A stretch of 64,000 nt of DNA, taken from a bacterium (GTDB lineage: Bacteria; SAR324; NAC60-12). Below the pieces are notes generated by a model. That model worked only from the letters and a program-made list of their open reading frames with translations. It searched no databases and was not told the DNA's origin. The position numbers and the translations under genes are program-made. Positions 53,238 through 63,431 of this stretch are shown one piece after another; positions within the stretch are counted from its first letter, which is position 1; each line of letters begins with the position of its first letter. The stretch covers positions 416,001-480,000 of the forward strand of contig CBDDTI010000747.1 in assembly GCA_965233585.1 (NCBI GenBank), read 5' to 3'.

Positions 53238-55098
53238 ATGCAAAAGCTCATCAATCGTTGTTTTGTTCATTTGGCATCTGTTGTCAAACCTTCTGTTGTC
53301 CAGACAGGTGTTTGCCTGCTGTGCATCACGACTCTCTTTGCCTGCAGTAGTGACGATGGTGGTGTGTCCACGGTGACCGTCACAGAAAAAGTAGTGCCAC
53401 CAACCAAAAACCAGCAAGCACAGGGGGGGTCAATGTTTGCAGATTCCCCAAGCACAGATGCAAGGCACAGGCAACCTTGCCATCTTCAACTCACTAGATG
53501 AAGATGTCCTGCTTTCCTATTCCAGCAATCTAAATACTGACGATGTGATTGCTGTCATTGGCGCCAAGCAGAAAGGGGTCAAAGTGGACATTTCCAAAAG
53601 AACGAGTTCCATCGTCACCGTGTTCGCCTTCAAGATGCCAGCCGTGCAAGACTATTTTAAAGCAGACTGCGAGGATTCCCAAATGCCAACGGCTTTTATG
53701 CAAAGTGGGTTCATTCCATCAGCCAAATCCAGTTTTGTGATAGGCACTGAGGAGTCCAAGTCAGACTATGGCATCTTGCTGATACTCAACAAACGTTCTG
53801 GACTGGTATCTATTTGTCAAGGCAGTTCAAGGAACAAGCAAATCGGAGTGGTTCAGGCTGGTCAGTCTAACTATCGGATTCAAATCCCCATCGGCTACAA
53901 ACAACTCGTGTTTTACCTACACAACCCATCAGGAGGCATTGACTTTACAAAACCTGTCTTTTCCAAAAATCTGGTCTTTAACAAAGGAGACACTAAACTG
54001 GTATTCATTCCCAACAAGACCATTTTCAATGGTGCAAAAATCAAGTTTCTCAATGCCTCTGCCCAAGATGTGATGCTGATGGTGAGAAAGAGTGATAGCC
54101 CGTTGTCTAATGTAGAGTGCAGTTGTGAGGTCGTTGGCAAGCAATCGGATAAACCTGTGATGATTCTGGTGCAAGACAAGTATTATGCTGATGACTTCTT
54201 CTTTTCTGTGATTAGTTTAGACACAGGTCAGACCTTGACAGAGAGTCAACCCTTTCAGTTAGATAAAAAAACGAACGCCAGTTTTAAGCTACAAACAGAT
54301 TTGACTCTGAAGAAGACAGATTTGGGCAAGGGTCAAGTTGTTGTGCCAAATGAAAAACCCAGCACGCCAAGTGAAGTGAAAACAAGCGAGGTCAAAGCCA
54401 GCAGTGTCAAAGTCAGTTGGTCGCCTTCAGCAGATTCTGATGGTGAAGTGGCAGGTTATGAAGTCTCTTACAAGACAAGTAGCGGGTCATGGACTGGAAC
54501 ACAAACCACCACTCAAACCAATTTGATTGTATCAGGACTTCAACCTGAAACCAGCTACACTTTCCGCATTCGTGCCAAAGATGATGAAAATGCTTGGAGT
54601 GCTTATGAACAAAGTCAATCTGTCAAAACACCAGCCCCTGATAATCTAGCACCCAGCAAACCAAGCACCATCAGCACCAGCCAAGTGACAGGCTCCAGTA
54701 TCAAGGTTTCATGGTCTGCTGCCACAGATTCTGACGGAGTCATTGCAAACTATGAAATATCTTACAAAGCAGGTGATGGATTCTGGACAGGAACAAGCAT
54801 GACAGCTAGCACAACCTACACTTTTCAATCACTCCAGCCTAACACCAGCTACACCTTCCGTGTTCGTGCCAAAGATGACGAGGGAGACTGGAGTGCTTAC
54901 CAACAAAGCACGGCTGTCAGCACTGCACCCAATGCACCAACTGCGCTTGCTGTCTCTGCTAGAAGCCTGACTTTTATGATGACTTCAGGCAGCAGCTATG
55001 AATGCTCCAAAGATGCTGGCACAACCAAAACCAACTGCAACAGCCCCTTTAGTTTTGGCGATGATGCCATTGCTGAACTTGACCCACAATCTCACTTT
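53238..55098 (+). pseudogene. Lipoprotein with two FN3 domains, out of frame at G7 tract 53423-53429 and truncated at a REP remnant
   Basis: LFAC lipobox in the 53238 frame; G6 or G9 joins it to the 53437 frame; two VSW..SD....Y.VSY...YTFR.RAKD FN3 units. Confidence 0.75.
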
Positions 55099-55215
55099 TA
55101 TCCTAAGATTAGTCTTGTGTTTTTTTGTACCTGTGCTAGACTGCAAGAGAATGTAGAGAGGGGAATGTGCACAAACATCTTTTGCTTCTTTAAATTTTTA
55201 ATTCAAAACAACACA

Positions 55216-56949
55216 ATGAACATGAAATTTTTCATCTATTCGTTTTTAATCGTGCTAGTCTTCGGTGGTTGTAACTGGGATAATCTCAACACTTCAGAAA
55301 CTTCAGGTTTTTCAAAATTTTCAGAAGAAGAAAACGAAGTCAGCCAAGCAGGCACTTGGAACTTTGACAACGGCAATAAGCCAAATGGCTTAACAGGCAA
55401 CTGGTCTGTTGTCTCTGGTGGGGCAAACAGCACTTCCAAAAGCCTCAAATCTGCAAACATTGGCAACAATCAACAAACCTGCGTCCAAACCACACGCAAT
55501 GTCTCGGCTGGAAACGTAGAATTTCAATACAAAGTCAGTTCAGAACAAAATTATGACGAACTCTTCTTCTACATTGACTCTGCTGAAAAGCTAGGAGGCA
55601 AAAGTGGAAACATCGGCTGGACACAAGCCAGCTATGCTGTCTCGGCTGGAAGTCACACCTTCAAATGGTGCTACCAGAAAGACGACCACGTAAGCGGAGG
55701 AAGCGATGCCGCTTGGATTGACGAAGTCAACTTTCCAGACTCTTCTGCTGCCAACAAAAAACAATGGTCAAAACTGCTTGGCAGTAGCAGTGAGGATAGA
55801 GGATTGGGAGTGAGTGTGGACTCATCAGGAAATGTTTACGTCACAGGATACTCTTTGGGAAATTTTGATGGACACAGCAATTCAGGAAGTGATGACATGT
55901 TTTTAGTGAAGTATGACAGTTCAGGCAACAAGAAGTGGTCTAAACTGCTTGGCAGTAGTAGTCGTGATTTTGGAGAAGGAGTGAGTGTGGATTCTGCAGG
56001 CAATGTTTACGTCACAGGATACTCTTATGGAAATTTTGGTGGACACAGCAATTCAGGTTATAAAGACATGTTTTTAGTGAAGTATGATTCATCAGGTAAT
56101 AAGAAGTGGTCTAAACTGCTTGGCAGTAGCAGTGATGATTATGGATATGGAGTGAGTGTGGATTCATCAGGAAATGTTTACGTGACAGGAAGTTCTTGGG
56201 CAGCTTTTGATGGACACACCAATTCAGGAAAAAATGACATGTTTTTAGTGAAGTATGACAGTTCAGGTAATAAGAAGTGGTCTAAACTGCTTGGCAGTAG
56301 TAGTCGTGATTATGGAGGAGGAGTGAGTGTGGATTCAGCAGGCAATGTTTACGTGACAGGAAGCTCTAGTGGAAATTTTGATGGACATCGCAATTCAGGA
56401 TACTCTGACATGTTTTTAATCAAGTATGACAGAACAGGCAGTAAGAAATGGTCTAAACTGCTTGGCAGTAGCAGTTATGATTATGGAGGAGGAGTGAGTG
56501 TGGATTCTGCAGGCAATGTCTATGTGACAGGATACTCTAGTGGAAATTTTGATGGACATGTCAATTCAGGAGACTCTGATATGTTTTTAGTGAAGTATGA
56601 CAGTTCAGGTAATAAGAAGTGGTCTAAACTGCTTGGCGGTAGCAATTCTGATTATGGAGAAGGAGTGAGTGTGGATTCAGCAGGCAATGTTTACGTCACA
56701 GGATACTCTTATGGAAATTTTGATGGACACACCAATTCAGGAAGTTATGACATGTTTTTAGTGAAGTATGATTCATCAGGTAATAAGAAGTGGTCTAAAC
56801 TGCTTGGCAGTAGCAATTCTGATTATGGATACGGAGTGAGTGTGGATTCATCAGGGAATGTTTACGTGACAGGATACTCTTGGGGAAATTTTGATGGACA
56901 CACCAATTCAGGAAGTTCTGACATGTTTTTAGTGAAGTTTGGGAAGTAG
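55216..56949 (+). CDS. Lipoprotein with a beta-sandwich-like domain and seven 57-aa SBBP-like beta-propeller repeats
   Basis: Internal MNMKFFIYSFLIVLVFGGC signal/lipobox; 171-bp period VSVDS.GNVYVTG repeats. Confidence 0.82.
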   Translation: MNMKFFIYSFLIVLVFGGCNWDNLNTSETSGFSKFSEEENEVSQAGTWNFDNGNKPNGLTGNWSVVSGGANSTSKSLKSANIGNNQQTCVQTTRNVSAGNVEFQYKVSSEQNYDELFFYIDSAEKLGGKSGNIGWTQASYAVSAGSHTFKWCYQKDDHVSGGSDAAWIDEVNFPDSSAANKKQWSKLLGSSSEDRGLGVSVDSSGNVYVTGYSLGNFDGHSNSGSDDMFLVKYDSSGNKKWSKLLGSSSRDFGEGVSVDSAGNVYVTGYSYGNFGGHSNSGYKDMFLVKYDSSGNKKWSKLLGSSSDDYGYGVSVDSSGNVYVTGSSWAAFDGHTNSGKNDMFLVKYDSSGNKKWSKLLGSSSRDYGGGVSVDSAGNVYVTGSSSGNFDGHRNSGYSDMFLIKYDRTGSKKWSKLLGSSSYDYGGGVSVDSAGNVYVTGYSSGNFDGHVNSGDSDMFLVKYDSSGNKKWSKLLGGSNSDYGEGVSVDSAGNVYVTGYSYGNFDGHTNSGSYDMFLVKYDSSGNKKWSKLLGSSNSDYGYGVSVDSSGNVYVTGYSWGNFDGHTNSGSSDMFLVKFGK

Positions 56950-57064
56950 GTTGCCAAGAAGAGTGGTTGTAGTGGAGTTGGAAGGAGTGTTTGGAGTAGT
57001 ATTTTGTCCCCAGCAAGTGTTTTCATACTTGCTGTGAAAAGTCAAGTTTTTTTCTTAAAACGCT

Positions 57065-57160
57065 CCGTCACCTGCGGGCGTGTCTTGGTCATGGCTCACC
57101 TTGACCCGCAATCTCACTCTTGCTTTTTGAGATTCCGCATCAAGTGCGGAATGACAAAGA
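57065..57160. repeat. REP-like palindrome pair
   Basis: GTCATGGCTCACCTTGACCCGCAATCTC facing GAGATTCCGCATCAAGTGCGGAATGAC. Confidence 0.85.
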
Positions 57161-57265
57161 GAGTTTGTAGGCTTGTTTTTTCTCTGCTTTGTTCTCCCTT
57201 TTTCTCAAAAAAATGCTATAATCAGGGATTTTTGAAGTTTGGAAATTTAATTTGAGAGGAAAAAG

Positions 57266-57973
57266 ATGAGTGAACAATTTGATGAGATTTGGGCAATTTT
57301 AAAAGAAAACGCAAAAGGCATGCAGGAGTTGAAAGAACGTCAAGAAGAAAACAGCAAGCGTCAAGAAGAAAATAGCAAGCAGTTAGCAGAACTGACAAAG
57401 AAACAAGAAGAAAATAGCAAGCAGCAAGAAGAAAACAGCAAGCAGTTAGCAGAACTGACCTTGCAACTTCAGGAACTGAAACCAGCAGTTGCCAGCATGG
57501 TGCGGGGTATTCAGAAGATGGAAAACTTCATCAGCAATACTTCGGAGATTTTAGAAAGTCGTCTGTGCCGTTCTGTGGAACAGGTTATAGAAAAATATGG
57601 CTTCATTGAAATTGGAGGCATTCGCTACGACGAAGTGGAACAAAATCTCAAAGGGAAAGATAATGGCATCACGGCTCAATATGACCTTGTACTGTTCAGC
57701 AAAACAAAGCATCTGCTTTTGATAGAAGTCAAACGTAAGCCGCATGTTAAGGATTTCCAACAAGTGCTTCGGCAGAAAGAGACCTTCCCTAGATTGTTTC
57801 CAAGTTATCAAGATTATACAATTCATTGCGGGTTAGCAGGAGAAGTCTTTTATGATGAACTCATCAGTGAGGCAGAAGAAGAAGGTATTTATCTTTTTCA
57901 AGAACAAGCGGGAGAATTACAAGTCATCACTCCTTCTTCGTTGCAGCTACAGCTGGAGGCAATGGAATCCTGA
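57266..57973 (+). CDS. Coiled-coil heptad-repeat + PD-(D/E)XK protein, copy 2
   Basis: Nearly identical to 26788-27513; one heptad fewer, one Asp inserted. Confidence 0.72.
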   Translation: MSEQFDEIWAILKENAKGMQELKERQEENSKRQEENSKQLAELTKKQEENSKQQEENSKQLAELTLQLQELKPAVASMVRGIQKMENFISNTSEILESRLCRSVEQVIEKYGFIEIGGIRYDEVEQNLKGKDNGITAQYDLVLFSKTKHLLLIEVKRKPHVKDFQQVLRQKETFPRLFPSYQDYTIHCGLAGEVFYDELISEAEEEGIYLFQEQAGELQVITPSSLQLQLEAMES

Positions 57974-58015
57974 ACACTGGTTTTCTTTTTTTCTTAAACT
58001 ATCCCCGTCATTGCG

Positions 58016-58788
58016 GGCAGTGTTTAGTTGGTATTGTCATTGCATGTGAGAGTGAATTTGAGGAATGGAAATGAGAAGTTGTCATCATTGTGGGAGTCAG
58101 ACTTATATCAAGAATGGAAGTTACAAAGGGGTTCAGAGGTATCGTTGCAAGTCATGTCAGAGAGCATTCACCTCAAATGGTTTGAGAATCCCACTAGAGA
58201 CCAAGCGTCAAGCCTTAGAGATGTATGTCAATAGTGTAGGCATCAGAAAGATCGCTCGTTTTTTGCAGGTGTCTCCCGCTTCAATTGTCAACTGGATCAA
58301 AAAAGCTAGAGTGTCTCAACTTCCAAAAGACGCACCAAGTTTCCATGCACAAGTAGATAGTATAGAGATGGATGAGATCTACACTTTTGTTCAAAAAAAA
58401 GCCAAAGAGTAGCTGTTTGGACAGCCTATTCTCGTCAAGAACAATGTGTGATTGCCTTTGTGATAGGCAAAGGATTAGCAGCAGCAAAGCAGCTGTATGC
58501 ACTAGTCAAAGCACAACGAGCTAGAATTGAAACGATTTATACAGATGCCAACTCATGCTATCAAGTGGCATTTGCACAACTCCAAATTCCACAAAAGCAT
58601 CAGATAGGCAAGGACAACACTCATCTCATTGAATCTTCTAATTCTTCCATCAGAGATAACCTAGCTCGCTTGATGAGAAAATCTAAACGACATTCCAAAA
58701 CTTTTGACATGCTGGAACACTCTCTACAACTCTTCTTTGACTATAAAAGGTTTGAAAAATATCATGACAATATCAAGTGAACACTGCC
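58016..58788 (+). mobile_element. IS1-family element (773 bp) with 9-bp TSD GTCATTGCG, inserted in a REP
   Basis: TIRs GGCAGTGTTTAGTTGGTATTGTCAT / ATGACAATATCAAGTGAACACTGCC; TSD at 58007-58015 and 58789-58797. Confidence 0.95.
58065..58780 (+). CDS. IS1-family transposase InsAB via -1 frameshift at A8G (58393-58401)
   Basis: CHHC..KNG..QRYRCKSC, EMDEIYTF, TDANSCY, THLIESSNSSIR. Confidence 0.88.
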
Positions 58789-58950
58789 GTCATTGCGGGC
58801 TTGACCCGCAATCTTCTTTGTTTTTTCTTCTTCGTTCACCTTTTTTGAGATTCCGCATCAAGTGCGGAATGACTAAAAGGATTGTTGATAGATTCCGCAT
58901 CAAGCAAGGAATGACTGGAGTATCGTTGCTCATCTTGCCCCGCCATCTCT
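58789..58950. repeat. Cluster of REP-like palindromes
   Basis: GTCATTGCGGGCTTGACCCGCAATC; GATTCCGCATCAAGTGCGGAATGAC plus a variant. Confidence 0.85.
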
Positions 58951-59334
58951 CTTGTTTCCTGAATTACTTAGTCAGGCTAAGTCTGCTAGCAATAAGCCGC
59001 TGGTTTGTTGCCCTTCAAAGAAGGGAAATAAGAATATGAGAAACTTGTTCAAGTCACGGTACTATCACAAAATCTACATTAGATTAACAATGTCAAACTA
59101 AAAATACCGGTGGCGCCAAGTTCGTTTAGCATATTCAAAAACTGTTGTCGTTTGTAAATCTTCATTTTTTAAGTTACAATCCTAAAGTTGTCAAAAAAAC
59201 ATCTCAAGAAGTTATCAAGAAGAACGTGTTTAGAAAGGAAGACTCATCAAAAGTTTGGCAGTCTAAACGTCTTCAATTTGGTTTAATCTCTCACCTTAAG
59301 TTTATGGCATGAACAACCTTTTATTTTAATCGTT

Positions 59335-60399
59335 ATGTTTGTATCTTTTTTCAAAAGTAAAAAGTGGGCAATATGGGCTTACGGTGGTAGTGGAGTGATT
59401 CTGGTATCGCTTTACTTTCAAGTCAAAATGACAACATTCATCAATGAATGGTATGGTGAGTTTTACAATATTTTACAGGAAGCCACCAAGCATGACATTG
59501 CAGATTTCTACAATTCCATGTCTGACTTTTTGTGGATTGCCTTCCCCTATATCATTTTGGGAATGGGAACCAACTATTTTACACGCCTATACGTCTTGCG
59601 TTGGAGGGAAGCCATCACCTTTCACTACATGCCAAAGTGGCGTGCTGTTGAGGAAGAGATTGAAGGGTCGTCTCAAAGGATTCAAGAAGACATGTTCCGC
59701 TTTGCAAGAATTGTAGAAAGTTTAGGTTTGCAAGTCGTGCGTGCCATTATGACCTTGATTGCCTTCATTCCTATCCTTTGGGGTCTTTCCCAACACCTAG
59801 ATTTGCCTGTTTTACAATTTCTCAATACAACCGATGGGGCATTGGTCTATATCTCATTGTTGGTCAGTTTAGGAGGGTTGGTGATTAGCTGGTTTGTTGG
59901 TGTCAAGTTGCCACACTTGGAATATAACAACCAAAAAGTAGAGGCAGCCTTCCGTAAAGAGCTTGTCTATGCAGAAGATGACAAAAAGAATTACGGGGCA
60001 TTGGAGACCATTGGGGAACTCTTTTTGGGAATCCGTTACAACTATCACAGGCTTTATTTGCACTATGGTTATTTTGATTTGTGGGTCATTAGCTATGGTC
60101 AGGTGATGATCATTGTCCCCTACTTGCTCATGGCTCATGGTTTGTTTAAGGGTGCGTTTGCACTGGGCGTGTTAGTGCAGACTTCCAATGCCTTTGCCAA
60201 GGTGCATCACAGCTTTTCTTTATTCATTGACAACTGGACAACCATCACAGAACTGCGTTCAGTGGTGTTAAGACTCACAGAATTTGAGGACAATATTGAA
60301 AAATATACCAAAGCCGAAAATAGATCAGCACAAGGCGAGACTCTTCAACAAGAAGATTTGACAAATCTAGCAGAAAACAAAACTCTTCCCAATGAATAA
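59335..60399 (+). CDS. SbmA/BacA-family peptide transporter
   Basis: INEWYGEFY, LRWREA, IEGSSQRIQED, NQKVEAAFRKELVYAED. Confidence 0.88.
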   Translation: MFVSFFKSKKWAIWAYGGSGVILVSLYFQVKMTTFINEWYGEFYNILQEATKHDIADFYNSMSDFLWIAFPYIILGMGTNYFTRLYVLRWREAITFHYMPKWRAVEEEIEGSSQRIQEDMFRFARIVESLGLQVVRAIMTLIAFIPILWGLSQHLDLPVLQFLNTTDGALVYISLLVSLGGLVISWFVGVKLPHLEYNNQKVEAAFRKELVYAEDDKKNYGALETIGELFLGIRYNYHRLYLHYGYFDLWVISYGQVMIIVPYLLMAHGLFKGAFALGVLVQTSNAFAKVHHSFSLFIDNWTTITELRSVVLRLTEFEDNIEKYTKAENRSAQGETLQQEDLTNLAENKTLPNE

Positions 60400-60418
60400 G
60401 GAAAGATGATTTAAAATC

Positions 60419-61558
60419 ATGCCTCTCAAAGTTTTGATGTTTGCAGGTGAAGTTTCAGGAGCGAAACATGGCGTCAATCTCATTCATCTGTTGCGTCAAC
60501 ACATTCCAGACCTGACTTTTTTTGGGGCAGGAGATGAAGCAATGATTCAAGCAGGACTCAAAGCTCGCTATACTCTTGCAGACTTACAGGTTTACGGCTT
60601 GATAGAGGTCATTGCTCACTTGCCAAGAATGAAAAAGATGCTTGATGCAATGGAACAATGGGCAATCCAAGAAAAGCCAGATTTAGCCATTTTGATTGAT
60701 TACCCAGGCTTCAACTTGCGTTTGGGGGAAAGACTTCGCAAACTGCACATTCCTGTCATTTTAATTAATGGGCCTCAAATTTGGGCATGGCGTGAGGGGC
60801 GGATTCATCAAATCAAACGGGGGGTCAGTCGTGTCATTGTCTTCTTCCCCTTTGAAGCCCCCATTTATCAACAAGCAGGGGTAGATGTCTTTTTCTCGGG
60901 ACACCCTGCCGTCAAGGAACCCGTTGACAAGCATATCATTCAAAACCTGAAGCAAGAATTTTTGCTTGCTGATTCGTATCCTGTCATTGCAGTCTTACCC
61001 GGGAGCCGCCCGGGAGAAATTCAAAGGCACTGGTCTGTCCTCCAAGACAGCATCAAACAGCTTAAACTCAAATATCCACATGCTAAGTTTTTAGTACCTC
61101 TCGTCAAAAAACTACCCAATCACGAAAAAAAGTCTTTGGCACAAGATGGGGTCTTCATCGTTGAAAAAACAGCTTCAGAGCTTTTCGCTGTTTCAGACCT
61201 TGCCATCGTTGCATCAGGCACAGCCACTTTGGAAGCCACCCTTAGCCAGATTCCATTTATGATCATTTACAAAGCATCGTATGTGAGCTACTGGATTGCC
61301 AAACGGCTGGCAAAAGTTCAATATCTTGGCATGGTCAACATTCTGGCAAAACGTCTCATTGTGCCAGAATTGATTCAACATGATTTCCATTCTGCAAACA
61401 TCGTTTCGGAAGCCGTCAATTTGATAGAAAACCAAGAAAGAAGAAAAGAAATGCAAACAGCGTTGAAAGACGTTTGCACACAACTTGGTCAAACGGGGGC
61501 ATACTCCCGAATGAGTGAAAACATTGCAGAGTTTATCAGAAACAAGGTAGCGTTGTGA
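60419..61558 (+). CDS. lpxB: Lipid-A-disaccharide synthase
   Basis: AGEVSG, IDYPGFN, PQIWAWR, GHP, LPGSR, ASGTATLE. Confidence 0.95.
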   Translation: MPLKVLMFAGEVSGAKHGVNLIHLLRQHIPDLTFFGAGDEAMIQAGLKARYTLADLQVYGLIEVIAHLPRMKKMLDAMEQWAIQEKPDLAILIDYPGFNLRLGERLRKLHIPVILINGPQIWAWREGRIHQIKRGVSRVIVFFPFEAPIYQQAGVDVFFSGHPAVKEPVDKHIIQNLKQEFLLADSYPVIAVLPGSRPGEIQRHWSVLQDSIKQLKLKYPHAKFLVPLVKKLPNHEKKSLAQDGVFIVEKTASELFAVSDLAIVASGTATLEATLSQIPFMIIYKASYVSYWIAKRLAKVQYLGMVNILAKRLIVPELIQHDFHSANIVSEAVNLIENQERRKEMQTALKDVCTQLGQTGAYSRMSENIAEFIRNKVAL

Positions 61559-61568
61559 GGAGACCCTG

Positions 61569-62915
61569 ATGAAAAAGGTCAATCTTGACAGAACGAAAAA
61601 AAGCACTCTCAAAAAAAACATAGTCAAAATCATGTCTTTTTTGGGTGCAATGCTTTTCACCACTGCCGTTGCATATTCAAAGGATTTTTCAACATGGTTC
61701 ATGGTTTTTGGAGACATGCGGGGTGAAATCAAACCTTGTGGTTGTAGTGCCGAAGGAGACATGGGCGGGTTAGAACGAAGAGCCTCTTACTTAGAGCAAA
61801 AAAGGGCAGAACATCAACAAAGTCTTTACTTTGATCTTGGCAACAACTTCCCCAAACCTTCAGCTCAAGGGACTTTAAAAATTGAACTGATTCAAAAATC
61901 TTTGAAAACTTTGAAGCCTGAAGTCATTTTATTAGGTGGCACAGAGTGGCAGTATGGTCTGGATATTCTTGACAAAACACTCCCTTATCTAGCAAGTAAC
62001 TTTCTTGCAGAAAACACCCAAATCCTAAGACAAAAAGTCATTGAAAGAGGTCAAAAAACCTTTGACGTCTGGGGCTTTCTTTCTCCTAGCCAAGTGTATC
62101 AAAATCAAAATGCCAAGCCTTTGTTTGCTGACGCCAACCCTCAATTATTAGAAAAGTGGCAAGAATCTTTTAAAGACGGTGCAACCCGTGTTCTACTTTT
62201 CCGCGGGAATGAGAAAGAACTTGAGCTTTTTGCAAAGTCCAAGCAATTTGATGTGATTTTACTGGGAAACCCAAGCGATGATGAACTAGACCAAGAACTC
62301 AGCTTGCAAACCAGCGAAGGGACATTTTTGAGAGTCGCCACCAAAGGACAAGGGGCTTTGGAGGGAACGTTCCCCAACTTAAAAATGGTCTGGTTGTACA
62401 GTTCTTTTCCCAATCACCCTTCACAAGCAGCTTTCTTTGAAAAATATGATGCTGATGTCAAAACTCTTTTTTTTCAACAATTAGAAATTCAATCTAAGTT
62501 ACAAAAAGACACTCCTTACGCGGGGGCAACTACTTGCCAGACTTGCCATGTTGCAGAAACTAAAATCTGGCAAAAATCGGTGCATGCTCACGCCTTTGCA
62601 ACCCTTGAAAAAGTTGACAAACAATATGACCCTGAATGTATCCAATGTCATACAGTTGGCTTCCAAAAACAAGGATTTTTAAGCGATCGCCTGACCCCAG
62701 AATTTAAAAATGTGCAATGTGAAAACTGCCATGGTGCCTCAAAAGCCCATGCGACCAATCCCGCTGTTGTCAAACCTGCTCTTGATGCCAAACAAATGTG
62801 TGTCTCATGCCATCAAGGAAGCCATTCGCCAACATTCCAGTTTGAGCCTTACTGGACAAAAATCCGACACTCCCTTTTTGGTCAAAACGACTTCAACAGC
62901 GTTCAGCCTCATTGA
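61569..62915 (+). CDS. Secreted multiheme cytochrome (4 CxxCH) with N-terminal metallophosphoesterase-like domain
   Basis: GDMRGEIKPCGC..GGLERR, DLGN; CQTCH, CIQCH, CENCH, CVSCH. Confidence 0.82.
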   Translation: MKKVNLDRTKKSTLKKNIVKIMSFLGAMLFTTAVAYSKDFSTWFMVFGDMRGEIKPCGCSAEGDMGGLERRASYLEQKRAEHQQSLYFDLGNNFPKPSAQGTLKIELIQKSLKTLKPEVILLGGTEWQYGLDILDKTLPYLASNFLAENTQILRQKVIERGQKTFDVWGFLSPSQVYQNQNAKPLFADANPQLLEKWQESFKDGATRVLLFRGNEKELELFAKSKQFDVILLGNPSDDELDQELSLQTSEGTFLRVATKGQGALEGTFPNLKMVWLYSSFPNHPSQAAFFEKYDADVKTLFFQQLEIQSKLQKDTPYAGATTCQTCHVAETKIWQKSVHAHAFATLEKVDKQYDPECIQCHTVGFQKQGFLSDRLTPEFKNVQCENCHGASKAHATNPAVVKPALDAKQMCVSCHQGSHSPTFQFEPYWTKIRHSLFGQNDFNSVQPH

Positions 62916-63351
62916 GCTTTTAAGTGTCATTGCTATTGGGACACTCTTGCTGACGCTTCTTGTTTCCCCTGTGGTTTATCTTTATCAAGAAAGCATTCAG
63001 TACTTCCAGAAAACTCAGGCAGAGGTTGGTATGCAACGATTTCTGACATTGCTGAAACAAGAGCTTTCTCAAGCAGGTTACGGGACAACCCAACAAGCTA
63101 TCACTCTTCAAAATGGCAAACTGACCATTCTTGCAGATTTCAACCAAGACAAAGATTTTGACGACCAAAACAACGGAAAAAGAGAACGTGTTGTTTACCA
63201 TGTTCAAGACCAAATACTCTATCGCAAGGTTGGCATTGGTTCTGCTCAAAAGTTTCTTCGCCATGTAGAACTTGAGTTTCAACAACTTACTCCTCAAAAT
63301 TGCCTCAAATTGCTTGTGTTTCAAAACACTGCATGGGTCTGCCCTTTGTGA
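62878..63351 (+). CDS. Type IV pilin-like (PilW/PulJ-like) protein
   Basis: AFSLIELL prepilin motif, ELSQAGY; start TTG 62878 is tentative. Confidence 0.7.
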   Translation: MVKTTSTAFSLIELLSVIAIGTLLLTLLVSPVVYLYQESIQYFQKTQAEVGMQRFLTLLKQELSQAGYGTTQQAITLQNGKLTILADFNQDKDFDDQNNGKRERVVYHVQDQILYRKVGIGSAQKFLRHVELEFQQLTPQNCLKLLVFQNTAWVCPL

Positions 63352-63431
63352 CTACAAAAATTGCTTGTTACTCTTAAAGCAAGTATGCTATTAGTTTATT
63401 TTGACAAACTAAACCTCCTATTTTTTAAGAC

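Noticed and set aside
53437..56949. Single 1170-aa protein as called
   Set aside because: Lacks its own signal peptide and contains a REP scar, intergenic-like DNA and an internal lipoprotein signal; treated as two genes
18098..59039. Short ORFs over REP clusters (e.g. 18098, 19622, 20637, 22461, 22658, 26026, 52538, 57004, 58704)
   Set aside because: They are translations of palindromic repeats (RHCGLDPQS, VIAGLTRNL) with no independent coding evidence
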